This document shows positions 8,339 to 17,307 of a stretch of DNA of 24,077 bases, piece by piece (the first letter of the stretch is position 1; every line of letters begins with the position of its first letter). A program made the translations under genes and the position numbers. This stretch comes from a virus. Its lineage: Duplodnaviria > Caudoviricetes. Location: positions 1 through 24,077 of the IMG/VR virus record IMGVR_UViG_3300042371_000197; one strand, given 5' to 3'. The notes under the pieces were generated by a model. It ran no database searches. It was not told the DNA's origin and saw only the letters and a list, made by a program, of their open reading frames with translations.

Positions 8339-8851
8339 ATGGAAGCTATTAAGTTGACGGATAAACAAAAGGTATTTTGTAGGGAATACATTATAGATTT
8401 TAACGCTTCGCGTGCAGCTCACGCGGCCGGATATTCTGAAAAGACTGCAGCTAAAACCGGTAGCGAAAACCTCCAAAAACCCGAAATACAAAACGAAATT
8501 AAGCGCCTAACCAAAGATAGGACCGAGCGGACCGAAATAACAGCGGACCGAGTTGTCCGGGAGTTGGCTAAAATCGCTTTTGGTACGATAGACGATTTAG
8601 GTAAGTTTACGGAGGAGGGCGAATTTATATTGCACAACTCAAACGATATGAATGAGAGCGGAAAAGCCTCGTTAAATACCGTAAGTTCCACAACAACGAC
8701 CGGAGAGGGACAAAAAACAACAAATTTAAAGATAACCCGCCAAGATAAAATAAAAGCTTTGGAGCTTTTAGGCCGCCACGTCGGCGCGTTCAATAATGAC
8801 GAAAGCGGAAAGGCTACTATTAAGGTAACTATCGGAAAGCCTAAACAATGA
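8339..8851 (+). CDS. terS: Terminase small subunit
   Basis: LTDKQKVFCREYIIDFNASRAAHAAGYSEKTA, VVRELAKIAF and DKIKALELLGRHVGAF. The in-frame ATG at 8339, just after the FmdB stop, is preferred over the track's TTG at 8285. Confidence 0.92.
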   Translation: MEAIKLTDKQKVFCREYIIDFNASRAAHAAGYSEKTAAKTGSENLQKPEIQNEIKRLTKDRTERTEITADRVVRELAKIAFGTIDDLGKFTEEGEFILHNSNDMNESGKASLNTVSSTTTTGEGQKTTNLKITRQDKIKALELLGRHVGAFNNDESGKATIKVTIGKPKQ

Positions 8852-10299
8852 GTATAAATGTCGAGCTCCCGGACTTTGCGGAGACTGTTAACGCTCCTTT
8901 CGCGGGGTTGTTTGATAACGACGCCCGCCTCATTTTGCTTTGGGGTGGTCGCGGGTCCGGTAAGACTCACGGGACCGTTATGAAGGTTATATATAGAATG
9001 TTAACCGCTAACTACTTTAAGGGTATATTGGTCCGCAAGGTTTATGATACGATCAAAGAGTCTCAATTTGATAGTATTAAGCAGACTATCGAGGACTTAG
9101 GACTAAGCTCCTTATTTATTTTCAAGACGTCGCCCCTTTCTATTACTTGCGTTAATGGTAATCGACTTATCGCTAGGGGCTTGGATAAGGCGGAAAAAAT
9201 AAAGTCGATAAAAGACCCGTCTTTCGTTTGGTACGAGGAGGGTAACGAGATAACGGAGGACGATTTTAACACGGTATCGACAACGGTAAGAAGTAATAAA
9301 GCCGACTATTTACAAGAGATTTTCAGCTTTAACCCGGAGAGCGACGAGCCCGATTTTAACGACTTTTGGATATATAAACGTTTTTTTAGCGATACGGTAG
9401 AGAAAACTTTTAAGACAGTTATCGACGTAGAGACGCCGGACGGTCCCGTCTCTTATACCGTCGACTCTATTCACAGCACTTACAGAGATAACCCTTTCCT
9501 CCCTCCGTCAATATCGGCCACTTACGAGGATTTTAAAAGGACGTCGCCGTTTTATTATACTGTTTACACGCTCGGCCTTTGGGGTAACAAGGAGGTCGGA
9601 AATAGATTTTATAAATGCTTTACTTTGGACCACGTCGAGGCGGTGGATTATAACCCAAGGCTCCCGCTACACATATCCTTAGACGAAAACGTTAACCCTT
9701 ACCTCACGCTCACAATACACCAAGCCGAGCAAGTTGGCGACGTTATGGAAGTTAGGCAGATAGGCGAGATCTGTTTAAAGAGCCCAAGGAATACGCTCCG
9801 GAATACTTGCGAGGAGTTCGCTAGGATATTCAAGGACCATAAGGAGGGCCTTTATATTTACGGGGACCGTACGAGTAAAAAGGAGGACACGAAGCTCGAG
9901 AAGGGGGAAAACTTTTTCAGCTTGGCGAGTAACTACTTGAGAGATTTTAATCCGGTGGAGAGGTTGCCAAGTCGTAACCCGGGAGTTAAGAGCCGAGGCG
10001 AATTTATTAATCAAATTTTCTCCGGGAATATTCCAAACGCGCGTATTATTATAGGGGACCAATGTAACAACACGGTCGCGGATTATCTTTATTTAAAGGA
10101 GGCCGCCGACGGGTTAAAGCATAAGGAGAAAACAGCGGACAAGGTGAGTAAAGTCCGTTTCGAAAAATACGGCCACACCTCGGACGCAAACGATTATTTA
10201 CACTTAGAGATATTTAAACCACAATTTACCCGATTTATTGACGGCGGAGTCGTAAAAACTCCTATATTTGGACTAAGAAAACCCTCAAACCGTTATTAA
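8848..10299 (+). CDS. terL: Terminase large subunit (PBSX-type ATPase domain)
   Basis: Walker A WGGRGSGKT, Walker B WYEEG, SFNP and HSTYRDNPFL; nuclease domain LHISLDEN...HTSDANDY; ATGA overlap with terS. Confidence 0.93.
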   Translation: MSINVELPDFAETVNAPFAGLFDNDARLILLWGGRGSGKTHGTVMKVIYRMLTANYFKGILVRKVYDTIKESQFDSIKQTIEDLGLSSLFIFKTSPLSITCVNGNRLIARGLDKAEKIKSIKDPSFVWYEEGNEITEDDFNTVSTTVRSNKADYLQEIFSFNPESDEPDFNDFWIYKRFFSDTVEKTFKTVIDVETPDGPVSYTVDSIHSTYRDNPFLPPSISATYEDFKRTSPFYYTVYTLGLWGNKEVGNRFYKCFTLDHVEAVDYNPRLPLHISLDENVNPYLTLTIHQAEQVGDVMEVRQIGEICLKSPRNTLRNTCEEFARIFKDHKEGLYIYGDRTSKKEDTKLEKGENFFSLASNYLRDFNPVERLPSRNPGVKSRGEFINQIFSGNIPNARIIIGDQCNNTVADYLYLKEAADGLKHKEKTADKVSKVRFEKYGHTSDANDYLHLEIFKPQFTRFIDGGVVKTPIFGLRKPSNRY

Positions 10300-10300
10300 T

Positions 10301-10717
10301 ATGGCCTTTATAGTTAAAAGCGACTTAGTAAGATACATCGACGAGACTACTATCGACCAACTTACGGACGACGACGATACTCTCGTTACGGAGGCAATTA
10401 AGGACGCGGAGGGAATTAGCGAGAGAATAGGCCAAAGAGTTAACACGGCGACCGAGTTCGCTAAGAGTGGAGCCAATAGACAAAGATCTTTATTAAAACA
10501 TTGCATATCATTAGCGATTTATTACTTATTCGAGCGCCTTTATACGGACGTTTTACCGGAGGGAAGGATCCAAGCGATGCAGTACGCGGAGGCTTGGCTC
10601 GAGGACGTGAGTAAGGGTAAAATAGTTGTAAACCTTACTAAGGTTGACGAGGCAAACCAAAGCGGTTGGCCTATACGTTGGGGCTCGCAGCCGAAAAAAG
10701 ACTCACAAAACTACTAA
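10301..10717 (+). CDS. Head-tail adaptor, Mu gp36/DUF1320-like
   Basis: 138-aa helical protein with LLKHCISLAIYYLFER and YAEAWLEDVSKG, located between TerL and the portal. Confidence 0.78.
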   Translation: MAFIVKSDLVRYIDETTIDQLTDDDDTLVTEAIKDAEGISERIGQRVNTATEFAKSGANRQRSLLKHCISLAIYYLFERLYTDVLPEGRIQAMQYAEAWLEDVSKGKIVVNLTKVDEANQSGWPIRWGSQPKKDSQNY

Positions 10718-10720
10718 GAA

Positions 10721-13696
10721 ATGGGACTACTAGATAAATTATTTAACGCTATTAAGCCGGCAGTTAACGAGCCTACAAAGCAAGCGGAGAGAATAGAGAA
10801 AAAGACTATCCGCCAACAAATGTACCGCTTTAACCAAGAGTTAAAGAGTTGGAAAAGTGGCGTAAGCAATTTTGAGGACCCTTATAACCCTATTTGCGTG
10901 GACCTTATCCGCGTTTATAACGACGTAATTATCGACGCTCACCTTAGCGCCTCTATTGACTCAAGGATTATAAGAACAACGTCGAAAGACTTTAAAGTCG
11001 TGGACGATAAAAACGAGGAGCTTAACGAGGAGACGGAAATTTTTACCTCTCCTTGGTTTAGAGATTTTTTAAGGTTGGCCCTAGAGTCTAAATTTTTCGG
11101 TTATTCGCTTATACAGTTTGGCGACCTAAAAGGAAAGCGATTTAAGAGCGTGGAGCTTATCCCTCGCGAGTATGTTTACGCGCAAAAAAACGCGGTTAGG
11201 AAGTCGCCGTATGACTCAAACGATTTAATATACTTCGACGACGCTCCTTACGACGCTTGGCTTATGGGGGTTGGGAAACCGTCCGACTTAGGGCTTTTAA
11301 TGAAAGCGGCGCCTCTTGTTATTTATAAAAAGACGGCTATCGGATCTTGGACCGAGTTCGCGGAGCTTTTCGGGGCTCCTTTCAGACTAGGAAAAACGAA
11401 TATAAGAGACAAAGAGCTTAGAGATAATATGTTCGATATGTTGGAAAATATGGGGCGTAACGCTTTCGGAGTTTTCGACGAGTCGGATAGCTTGGAGTTT
11501 ATTAGAGACGGGAAAACCGACTCACATAACGTATATAACCAACTAATCGAGAGAGTTAACTCGGAGGTTAGTAAGTTGATACTTGGGTCCACTATGACAA
11601 TGGACGCCGGGAGCAGTCGCTCACAAAGCGAGGTGCATGAGAGAACAAGCGCCGCGATAAATAAAGAGGACGCTTTTTTCATTACCTCATTGGTTAACGA
11701 CGAGCTTATCCCTTTCCTTAATAAGTACCACGGTTTCAATATTACCGGTCGCTTTATGTTTGACGACACGGAAAACACGACCAAGGCGGAGCAGTTTAAA
11801 ATTGACTCGGAGCTTATCAAGCTCGGTTTTAACGTTCCCAAGGCTTACCTTACAGATACTTACGGGACACCTATCGACGAAAAGGAGGAAAACGACGACG
11901 AAACCGACGGGCCAAAAGGACCAAAAAAAGAAAGCGCAGAGGGCGACGAGTTGGACAACTCAATTAAAAAAAAAACGACTTTAGCGAGTATTTACGAAGC
12001 TTTTACCTCGGAGAGTAGCTTACACGTATGCAATACTTTAGACTACGAGGAGACACCTCTCCCGGAGTGGTCCGACGAGTACGTCGAGGAGGTTATCGCG
12101 GGAGTTTATTCCGGGCTTTACACTATCGACAACCTCCCGGCAAACCTTTACAACGAAATAGGGGCTCGACTTATGCAAGGCCTTTATGACGGTTTAGCGA
12201 CCGGCGAAGCTCTTAGCACTATTAAGGACCCGGAATATATTAAGACTTTGCAAAAAAACATCTTTACTTTCTCCGGCGCTAAGACTTGGCACGAGGTTAA
12301 GCTTATGAGCGATTACTTAATCGACGAGAACGGAAACCCTCGCAGCTTTAAGGAATATAAAGACTACGCTAAAAAGGTTTTTGGTGAGTTTAACGTCAAT
12401 TATTTAAAGACTGAAATAAACCACGCTAAGGGGTCCGCTCAAATGGCCGACAAGTGGAAGCAATTTGGTGAGGAGGCGGAGCTTTTCCCTTATTTGCGCT
12501 ATGTAACAGCGGGAGACGACAGAGTCCGCCCCGCTCACAAAGCTTTGAACGGTATCGTTAAGAGATACGACTCTCCTTTTTGGAAGGAAAACGCGCCGCT
12601 TAACGGTTGGAATTGTCGTTGCGACTTAAAGCAAGTTGAGGAGGCTATCGAGACGCCGGACGACGTTATCGAAGAGAGAATAAATAAAGAGACGGACGGG
12701 AAAGGACTACAAACTCCCGACTATATGAAAAACAATCCGGGGGTTGAGGTTTTCGGAAAAGAACACCCTTATTTTAAAATCCCTCGAGCTTTTAAGAAGG
12801 ACCAAGCCAATAATTTTGGCCTCCCGGAGCCGCCGAAACTAAGCAGCGAGAAGATAGTTAAAGAGATTAAGAAGGCTCAAGAGGCTTACACTCCTCCTCT
12901 TGTATCGTTGGACCCAACTCTTATAAAGTCGACGATTAAGGACTTAGATAGGGCACAACTTGAGGACCTTATCAATAACCAAGACGGGGCCGCTAAGGTT
13001 TTAAACGACTTTAGGACGGATTTAGGGATAAGAACGTCGTCGGAGCGTACCGGAGCCGGAGCTCTCAAGTGGGCAAAAGAAACCGGAGCTAATAACGCTC
13101 AAAGCATATCTAGCGACTCGCTAGGACATTGCGCAACATCAAATAAATTTATAAACATCGTTAAGAAAAAAGACGAGAATATTAATTTTGAGGTCGTTAA
13201 TATGGTGCATAAGGCCGAGGACTTAGTTAAAGAGTTCCCGGAAACCTATTATATAAACACGAGAAACCACCTTTGCAAAAAGACGGGGATAAGTAGAAAA
13301 ACCGGGCTACCAACTGCGGAGGTTGTGGGTAAAGTAAAAGATGACGGTTTCGTTTTATTTCACGGGATAACGGAGGCGAGCGGAATAAATAGCAAATCAA
13401 TCGCTCCGTTAATAACTCACGAAGTTAACCACGCGATCCACAACTCTATTGATAAAATGATTAACGAAAACCGTTTTAAAACTTCGGCGGCCGCTACAAA
13501 GTACGGGGTTAAATTATCCGACTCGGTTACGACTTACGGCTCGAGTAATTGGTCCGAGTTTTACGCCGAAAATATGGCCGTTTACGTTCACGCGCACGAC
13601 TATTTAAAGAAGGAACACGGAAAAGTTTACGACTTTTTAGTCAACTTACATAACGAGTTAGGCGTAGATATTAAAACCTTTAAAATTGCTAAATAA
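10721..13696 (+). CDS. Fusion of portal (DUF935/Mu gp29-like), MuF minor head domain and C-terminal HExxH zincin metallopeptidase
   Basis: Portal motifs DAHLSASIDSR, LGLLMKAAP, WTEFAELFGAPFRLGK and SKLILGSTMTMDAGSSRSQSEVH (to about 11880); acidic linker; MuF motifs YLKTEINHA, LRYVTAGDDRVRPAH and PLNGWNCRC (about 12620); HEVNH at 13418-13432 and EFYAE at 13556-13570. Confidence 0.88.
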   Translation: MGLLDKLFNAIKPAVNEPTKQAERIEKKTIRQQMYRFNQELKSWKSGVSNFEDPYNPICVDLIRVYNDVIIDAHLSASIDSRIIRTTSKDFKVVDDKNEELNEETEIFTSPWFRDFLRLALESKFFGYSLIQFGDLKGKRFKSVELIPREYVYAQKNAVRKSPYDSNDLIYFDDAPYDAWLMGVGKPSDLGLLMKAAPLVIYKKTAIGSWTEFAELFGAPFRLGKTNIRDKELRDNMFDMLENMGRNAFGVFDESDSLEFIRDGKTDSHNVYNQLIERVNSEVSKLILGSTMTMDAGSSRSQSEVHERTSAAINKEDAFFITSLVNDELIPFLNKYHGFNITGRFMFDDTENTTKAEQFKIDSELIKLGFNVPKAYLTDTYGTPIDEKEENDDETDGPKGPKKESAEGDELDNSIKKKTTLASIYEAFTSESSLHVCNTLDYEETPLPEWSDEYVEEVIAGVYSGLYTIDNLPANLYNEIGARLMQGLYDGLATGEALSTIKDPEYIKTLQKNIFTFSGAKTWHEVKLMSDYLIDENGNPRSFKEYKDYAKKVFGEFNVNYLKTEINHAKGSAQMADKWKQFGEEAELFPYLRYVTAGDDRVRPAHKALNGIVKRYDSPFWKENAPLNGWNCRCDLKQVEEAIETPDDVIEERINKETDGKGLQTPDYMKNNPGVEVFGKEHPYFKIPRAFKKDQANNFGLPEPPKLSSEKIVKEIKKAQEAYTPPLVSLDPTLIKSTIKDLDRAQLEDLINNQDGAAKVLNDFRTDLGIRTSSERTGAGALKWAKETGANNAQSISSDSLGHCATSNKFINIVKKKDENINFEVVNMVHKAEDLVKEFPETYYINTRNHLCKKTGISRKTGLPTAEVVGKVKDDGFVLFHGITEASGINSKSIAPLITHEVNHAIHNSIDKMINENRFKTSAAATKYGVKLSDSVTTYGSSNWSEFYAENMAVYVHAHDYLKKEHGKVYDFLVNLHNELGVDIKTFKIAK

Positions 13697-13881
13697 TGGA
13701 ATGGGAAGAAATTAAAAGCTTAATTAATACGGCTATTGAGTCGGACGACCCTAAGCAAGTACGCGAAATAATTGATAAAATAGCGGCCCAAGACGAGCAA
13801 ACTCCGGGAGCTATTGAGGCTATTTATTCCGGTATAAGCGATAAAATGCACGAACTTTTGCAAAATGGCCAAGCGGAATAA
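13696..13881 (+). CDS. Small acidic helical protein, candidate immunity protein for the MuF metallopeptidase
   Basis: 61 aa, TAATG-coupled to the fusion gene and placed between MuF and the virion morphogenesis gene. Function is inferred from position. Confidence 0.55.
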   Translation: MEWEEIKSLINTAIESDDPKQVREIIDKIAAQDEQTPGAIEAIYSGISDKMHELLQNGQAE

Positions 13882-14314
13882 ACTAGGCCCCCAACTAAGG
13901 GAGGACCAAAAGCTCGCTAAAAACGAGGTTAAAAAAATTCTTGTCCTAGCGGCGGAGGAGGCCGTCCAATTTTTCCAAGATAATATAACCGGTCGCCAAG
14001 GTTTCTTAGATAGGTCCACGGAAAAATGGAAACCAAGAAAGGGCAACCTCGACCCGGGGCGTAACTTATTGGTCGGAAAGGGTGGAGGCGCCAAGCTTTA
14101 TAAAAGTATCGCGCGGACGAGCTTATCGGCGTCGAGGGTTGTTATTGGTATAAAAGGGCCGGCCAACGTTTATGCCTCTGTACATAATTTTGGACTTAGA
14201 GCGGGACGGGGTCGAGGTTTTATAATGCCTAAGCGTAAATTTATGGGCGAAAGCGTTGTTTTAAACCGCAAAATAGTTAGACTAATAGAAAGAAGGATTA
14301 AGAAAATACTTTAA
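13865..14314 (+). CDS. Phage virion morphogenesis (neck/tail completion) protein, Mu gpG-like
   Basis: KWKPRK and YASVHNFG...MPKRKFMGES signature in a basic 149-aa protein. Confidence 0.85.
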   Translation: MAKRNKLGPQLREDQKLAKNEVKKILVLAAEEAVQFFQDNITGRQGFLDRSTEKWKPRKGNLDPGRNLLVGKGGGAKLYKSIARTSLSASRVVIGIKGPANVYASVHNFGLRAGRGRGFIMPKRKFMGESVVLNRKIVRLIERRIKKIL

Positions 14315-14325
14315 ATTTACACCTT

Positions 14326-14877
14326 ATGCAAAGGATATTGATCGAAAGTATTTTAGATAAGATAGCCGCGGACCTCCCGCAGTTTAAAACCGTCGACCTA
14401 TACAACGACCAATTTAATAAGCAAGACACGGCGAAAATAGACTCTTTTCGCTTTCCGGCTTTGTTTATTTCCTTTCCGGACGGTGCGGATTATACCGACT
14501 ATACGGCAAAAGTTCAGCAGACTAAAGACTTAACGGTCCGCTTTTATATTGCCGACCAATTAACGGCGAGCCGTCTCTCGATAAGTAAGACGGTACTCGA
14601 AATATTAGATTTAAAGCAAACGGTTTTCGAGAAGTTCCAAGGGTGGAGCGTGGAAGGGGTAAAAACTTTTTCGAGAATACACGAGGAGACGGACGAGGAC
14701 CGAACAAATTACTATATTTTTGTACAAGACTATAAAACGGGAGCAATAGACTCGTCTAAGTACGTCGACCAAGGCCAAGAGGTAACTCTTACCTTAGACG
14801 CTACGGCTCAAGTAATAATAAACCCGGTAACGGATAACGGGATCCGTACCGCAAGGAATACAAGCGACAACGTTTAA
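14326..14877 (+). CDS. Putative tail terminator/completion protein (Mu gp37-like)
   Basis: VDLYNDQF...FRFPALFISF motif and position after the gpG-like gene. Confidence 0.62.
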   Translation: MQRILIESILDKIAADLPQFKTVDLYNDQFNKQDTAKIDSFRFPALFISFPDGADYTDYTAKVQQTKDLTVRFYIADQLTASRLSISKTVLEILDLKQTVFEKFQGWSVEGVKTFSRIHEETDEDRTNYYIFVQDYKTGAIDSSKYVDQGQEVTLTLDATAQVIINPVTDNGIRTARNTSDNV

Positions 14878-14888
14878 AATTTAAGACA

Positions 14889-15758
14889 ATGGCGAGAACG
14901 GTAGACGAAATCCAAGACGAAATAATCGCAGCGGTACAAGCGGACGCAACTCTTGCGGGCTTAACCTCGTCGAGCGCGGTCGCTTTTTGGCGACTTGTTA
15001 CTCGAGTGGTGGCGGCGGCTTTGGAAACAGAGGAGCAAATTAACGATATTTTTAGGGCGGAGCTTGAGCAAATCGCACGCGAAGCCGTTCCGGGAACCGC
15101 TCAATGGTTGCAGCGTAGAGTTTTGGAGTTTCAATACGACGCTTTGAGCCCTCAAGTGGTGCAAGTGGTGGACGGACGAGTTACTTATCCGGTAGTAGAT
15201 CCGGCGCTTAGAATAGTAACAGCGGCGGCGGTAAAGGAGCAAGCTAACGGTCGAGCTTTAGTAAAAGCAGCTAAGACAAGCGGCGGGGGAGTTTTGGAGC
15301 CTTTGACGGGGCCGCAATTAACAGCTTTAAGCGGTTACTTGTCTCGTATTGGCTTTGTAGGTATTCCGATCGACGTTATTAGCCAACAGCCGGACCGCGT
15401 TCGTATGGTGGGGCTTAGTATTTACTATTATAGACAATATGATTTAGTCGCAATTAAGGCCGCGGTTAACTTGGCGGGTGCAAACTATTTAAAAGAAATA
15501 TCGACGACTAACTTTAACGGGGTTGTCGTAAGATCAACGTTAATAGATCGCTTGCAAGCTATCGAGGGAGTCGCTTTAGTTGGCGACTTTGGCGGCGGTC
15601 CTTTTTTACGTAACTTTTCAACACCGACCCCGGGAGGCGTGTTGATTAATACCCAAGTCGAAACGGCGGCGGGCTACGCTATTTTAGAAGATACGGCCGG
15701 CTATACTTGGGACGACGAAATCGACTATTTTACGGACGACTTAATACCAAACTCTTAG
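14889..15758 (+). CDS. Putative baseplate wedge (J-like) protein
   Basis: MARTVDEIQDEII, LTSSSAVAFWRL, PGTAQW...FQY and NFNG...LIDRLQAIEGV, as in baseplate proteins of Bacteroidota myophages. Confidence 0.68.
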   Translation: MARTVDEIQDEIIAAVQADATLAGLTSSSAVAFWRLVTRVVAAALETEEQINDIFRAELEQIAREAVPGTAQWLQRRVLEFQYDALSPQVVQVVDGRVTYPVVDPALRIVTAAAVKEQANGRALVKAAKTSGGGVLEPLTGPQLTALSGYLSRIGFVGIPIDVISQQPDRVRMVGLSIYYYRQYDLVAIKAAVNLAGANYLKEISTTNFNGVVVRSTLIDRLQAIEGVALVGDFGGGPFLRNFSTPTPGGVLINTQVETAAGYAILEDTAGYTWDDEIDYFTDDLIPNS

Positions 15759-15761
15759 GAT

Positions 15762-16262
15762 ATGAGTATTTACGTAGTTAATTGGGACGACTTTGTTACG
15801 GACTACCTTCCGCCGGATAAGCGGGAGCCGGTTAATAAGGCTTTTTTAGGCGCTAATTTAGAGCCTTTAAACACTTTGCACGTCGATACTTTCGACGTAT
15901 TTAAACCGGATATTACCGACCGCGCAAAGCACAACGGGCAACGTATTTTAATGGAGTCGGTACTTAACGCGGCTTTTTCGGTTGTTTCGGCTCCTTTTAT
16001 TTATATAGATAACAGCGGGGACAACGTTACGCCGGACATCTTTTTTAATGAGTCCGAGGGGTTGCCTCCTTACATATTTTTTAATGAGTCGGAGGGGGAA
16101 ACTCCGGCCTATTTTAATAACCAAGCCGAGGTAACAAACAACCGTAATTTTGTGGTTTACGTTCCGGCGGCGGTTTATGCAGCAGTAGGCGAGGCAGCTA
16201 TTAAGCAGCAAGTCGACCGACTTAGACCTTATTCAACTTTTTACACAATCGTACAATATTAA
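15762..16262 (+). CDS. Putative baseplate protein (partner of the J-like protein)
   Basis: LPPDKR, HNGQRILMESVLN and FVVYVP motifs, an internal 12-aa repeat and position between the J-like and fibre genes. Confidence 0.6.
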   Translation: MSIYVVNWDDFVTDYLPPDKREPVNKAFLGANLEPLNTLHVDTFDVFKPDITDRAKHNGQRILMESVLNAAFSVVSAPFIYIDNSGDNVTPDIFFNESEGLPPYIFFNESEGETPAYFNNQAEVTNNRNFVVYVPAAVYAAVGEAAIKQQVDRLRPYSTFYTIVQY

Positions 16263-16266
16263 TATT

Positions 16267-17307
16267 ATGGCACTAAAAACAAAAAAACCAAGGTTCAAAG
16301 TAATAGGTAGCGGCGAAATGAATACCGGAGGAGCTCCGATATTGGCCGACGATATTATTACTTTGCAAGAAAACGCGAGAGCTGACTTACTAAACGAGCT
16401 CGAATATTATAGGAGTAAGCTCCCGGCGTTAATGTATTACCAAGGCGTAGGAAATCCAAACGCGGCGGAATTTAAAAACGGGTTAATCTTGAGCGGTTGC
16501 GAGTACAACAACACGGACCCACAAAACCCGGTAATAAGCGAGGGCTTCATTTACTCGGGCGGCGAAATTTGCTACTTTCCCGGAGGTACTTACAACACCG
16601 GACCAACGAACGCGGGATTGATTTACTTATTTAAAGGCGCAGAAACTACGGTTTTACGCGTTTTTAACGACGGAGGCAACAAACAGATTTTTACCTCTTT
16701 CGCGTGCACAGTAGAGACGGCGAGCGTAGGAGCTCAAGGACCACAAATGCCCGCGGGAACTGCAATAGTGCCGACGTCGGAGGTTGTGGTTATTTGTTGC
16801 GGGGTTAATACTCAAACGATCGCGGAGAGCTATTTTACTAAGGAGGCGGCTCTCGGTATTATAACAATGGGGGCGCAATTATTTAAACCGGCTTGGGTTT
16901 CTCATAGTAGTTTAAATACTTTCGTCTCTTTTGACGCTACTACTATGCCTTATTTATTTTCACGAATTCTGAAAGGGAATTTTACAGAAATAAGAGGAGG
17001 GTTAAAAATAAACTCGGCGACTATTGGAGGAGGCTCAAACGTAATGTTGGCGACTTTAAGCTCGCACGCTGTTAATACGGGGGTGAGTGTCGGTATTTAC
17101 GCGGCTTATAGCGATCAGTCTCTCGAAGCTCCTAAGGTAAGTATTAACATAAACGGACAAATAAGGCTACAAGAACCGACCGGAGGTTGGGCAGCTTTAA
17201 CGGGTAATCCGATTTTAATTATTAACGCTATTGTTTACGGACGAAATGACGCCCCGGCCGGAGACGTTTATACTTTCGACTCAAGTTTCTTAAATGTTAC
17301 ACCTTAG
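16267..17307 (+). CDS. Putative tail fibre/receptor-binding protein
   Basis: N-terminal GGAP...LQ and ILSGCE...ISEGFIYSGGEICYFPGG baseplate-attachment-like pattern, a beta-rich C-terminus and position after the baseplate genes. Confidence 0.55.
   Translation: MALKTKKPRFKVIGSGEMNTGGAPILADDIITLQENARADLLNELEYYRSKLPALMYYQGVGNPNAAEFKNGLILSGCEYNNTDPQNPVISEGFIYSGGEICYFPGGTYNTGPTNAGLIYLFKGAETTVLRVFNDGGNKQIFTSFACTVETASVGAQGPQMPAGTAIVPTSEVVVICCGVNTQTIAESYFTKEAALGIITMGAQLFKPAWVSHSSLNTFVSFDATTMPYLFSRILKGNFTEIRGGLKINSATIGGGSNVMLATLSSHAVNTGVSVGIYAAYSDQSLEAPKVSININGQIRLQEPTGGWAALTGNPILIINAIVYGRNDAPAGDVYTFDSSFLNVTP

Noticed and set aside
8419-8970. 183-aa minus-strand ORF
   Set aside because: Shadow of terS/terL with no recognisable motifs.
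11323-11841. 172-aa minus-strand ORF
   Set aside because: Antisense to the portal domain, with the Ser/Leu-rich composition typical of shadow frames.
11760-11984. 74-aa +1-frame ORF inside the portal gene as an independent gene
   Set aside because: No protein-like features. Its only relevance is that its stop would end a +1 slippage product at the A10 tract.
7588-14320. TAAATTTAC at 7588 and 14312 as phage-specific promoters
   Set aside because: They coincide with the TTTAAATT translation-initiation motif at the usual distance from the ATG, which explains them more simply.
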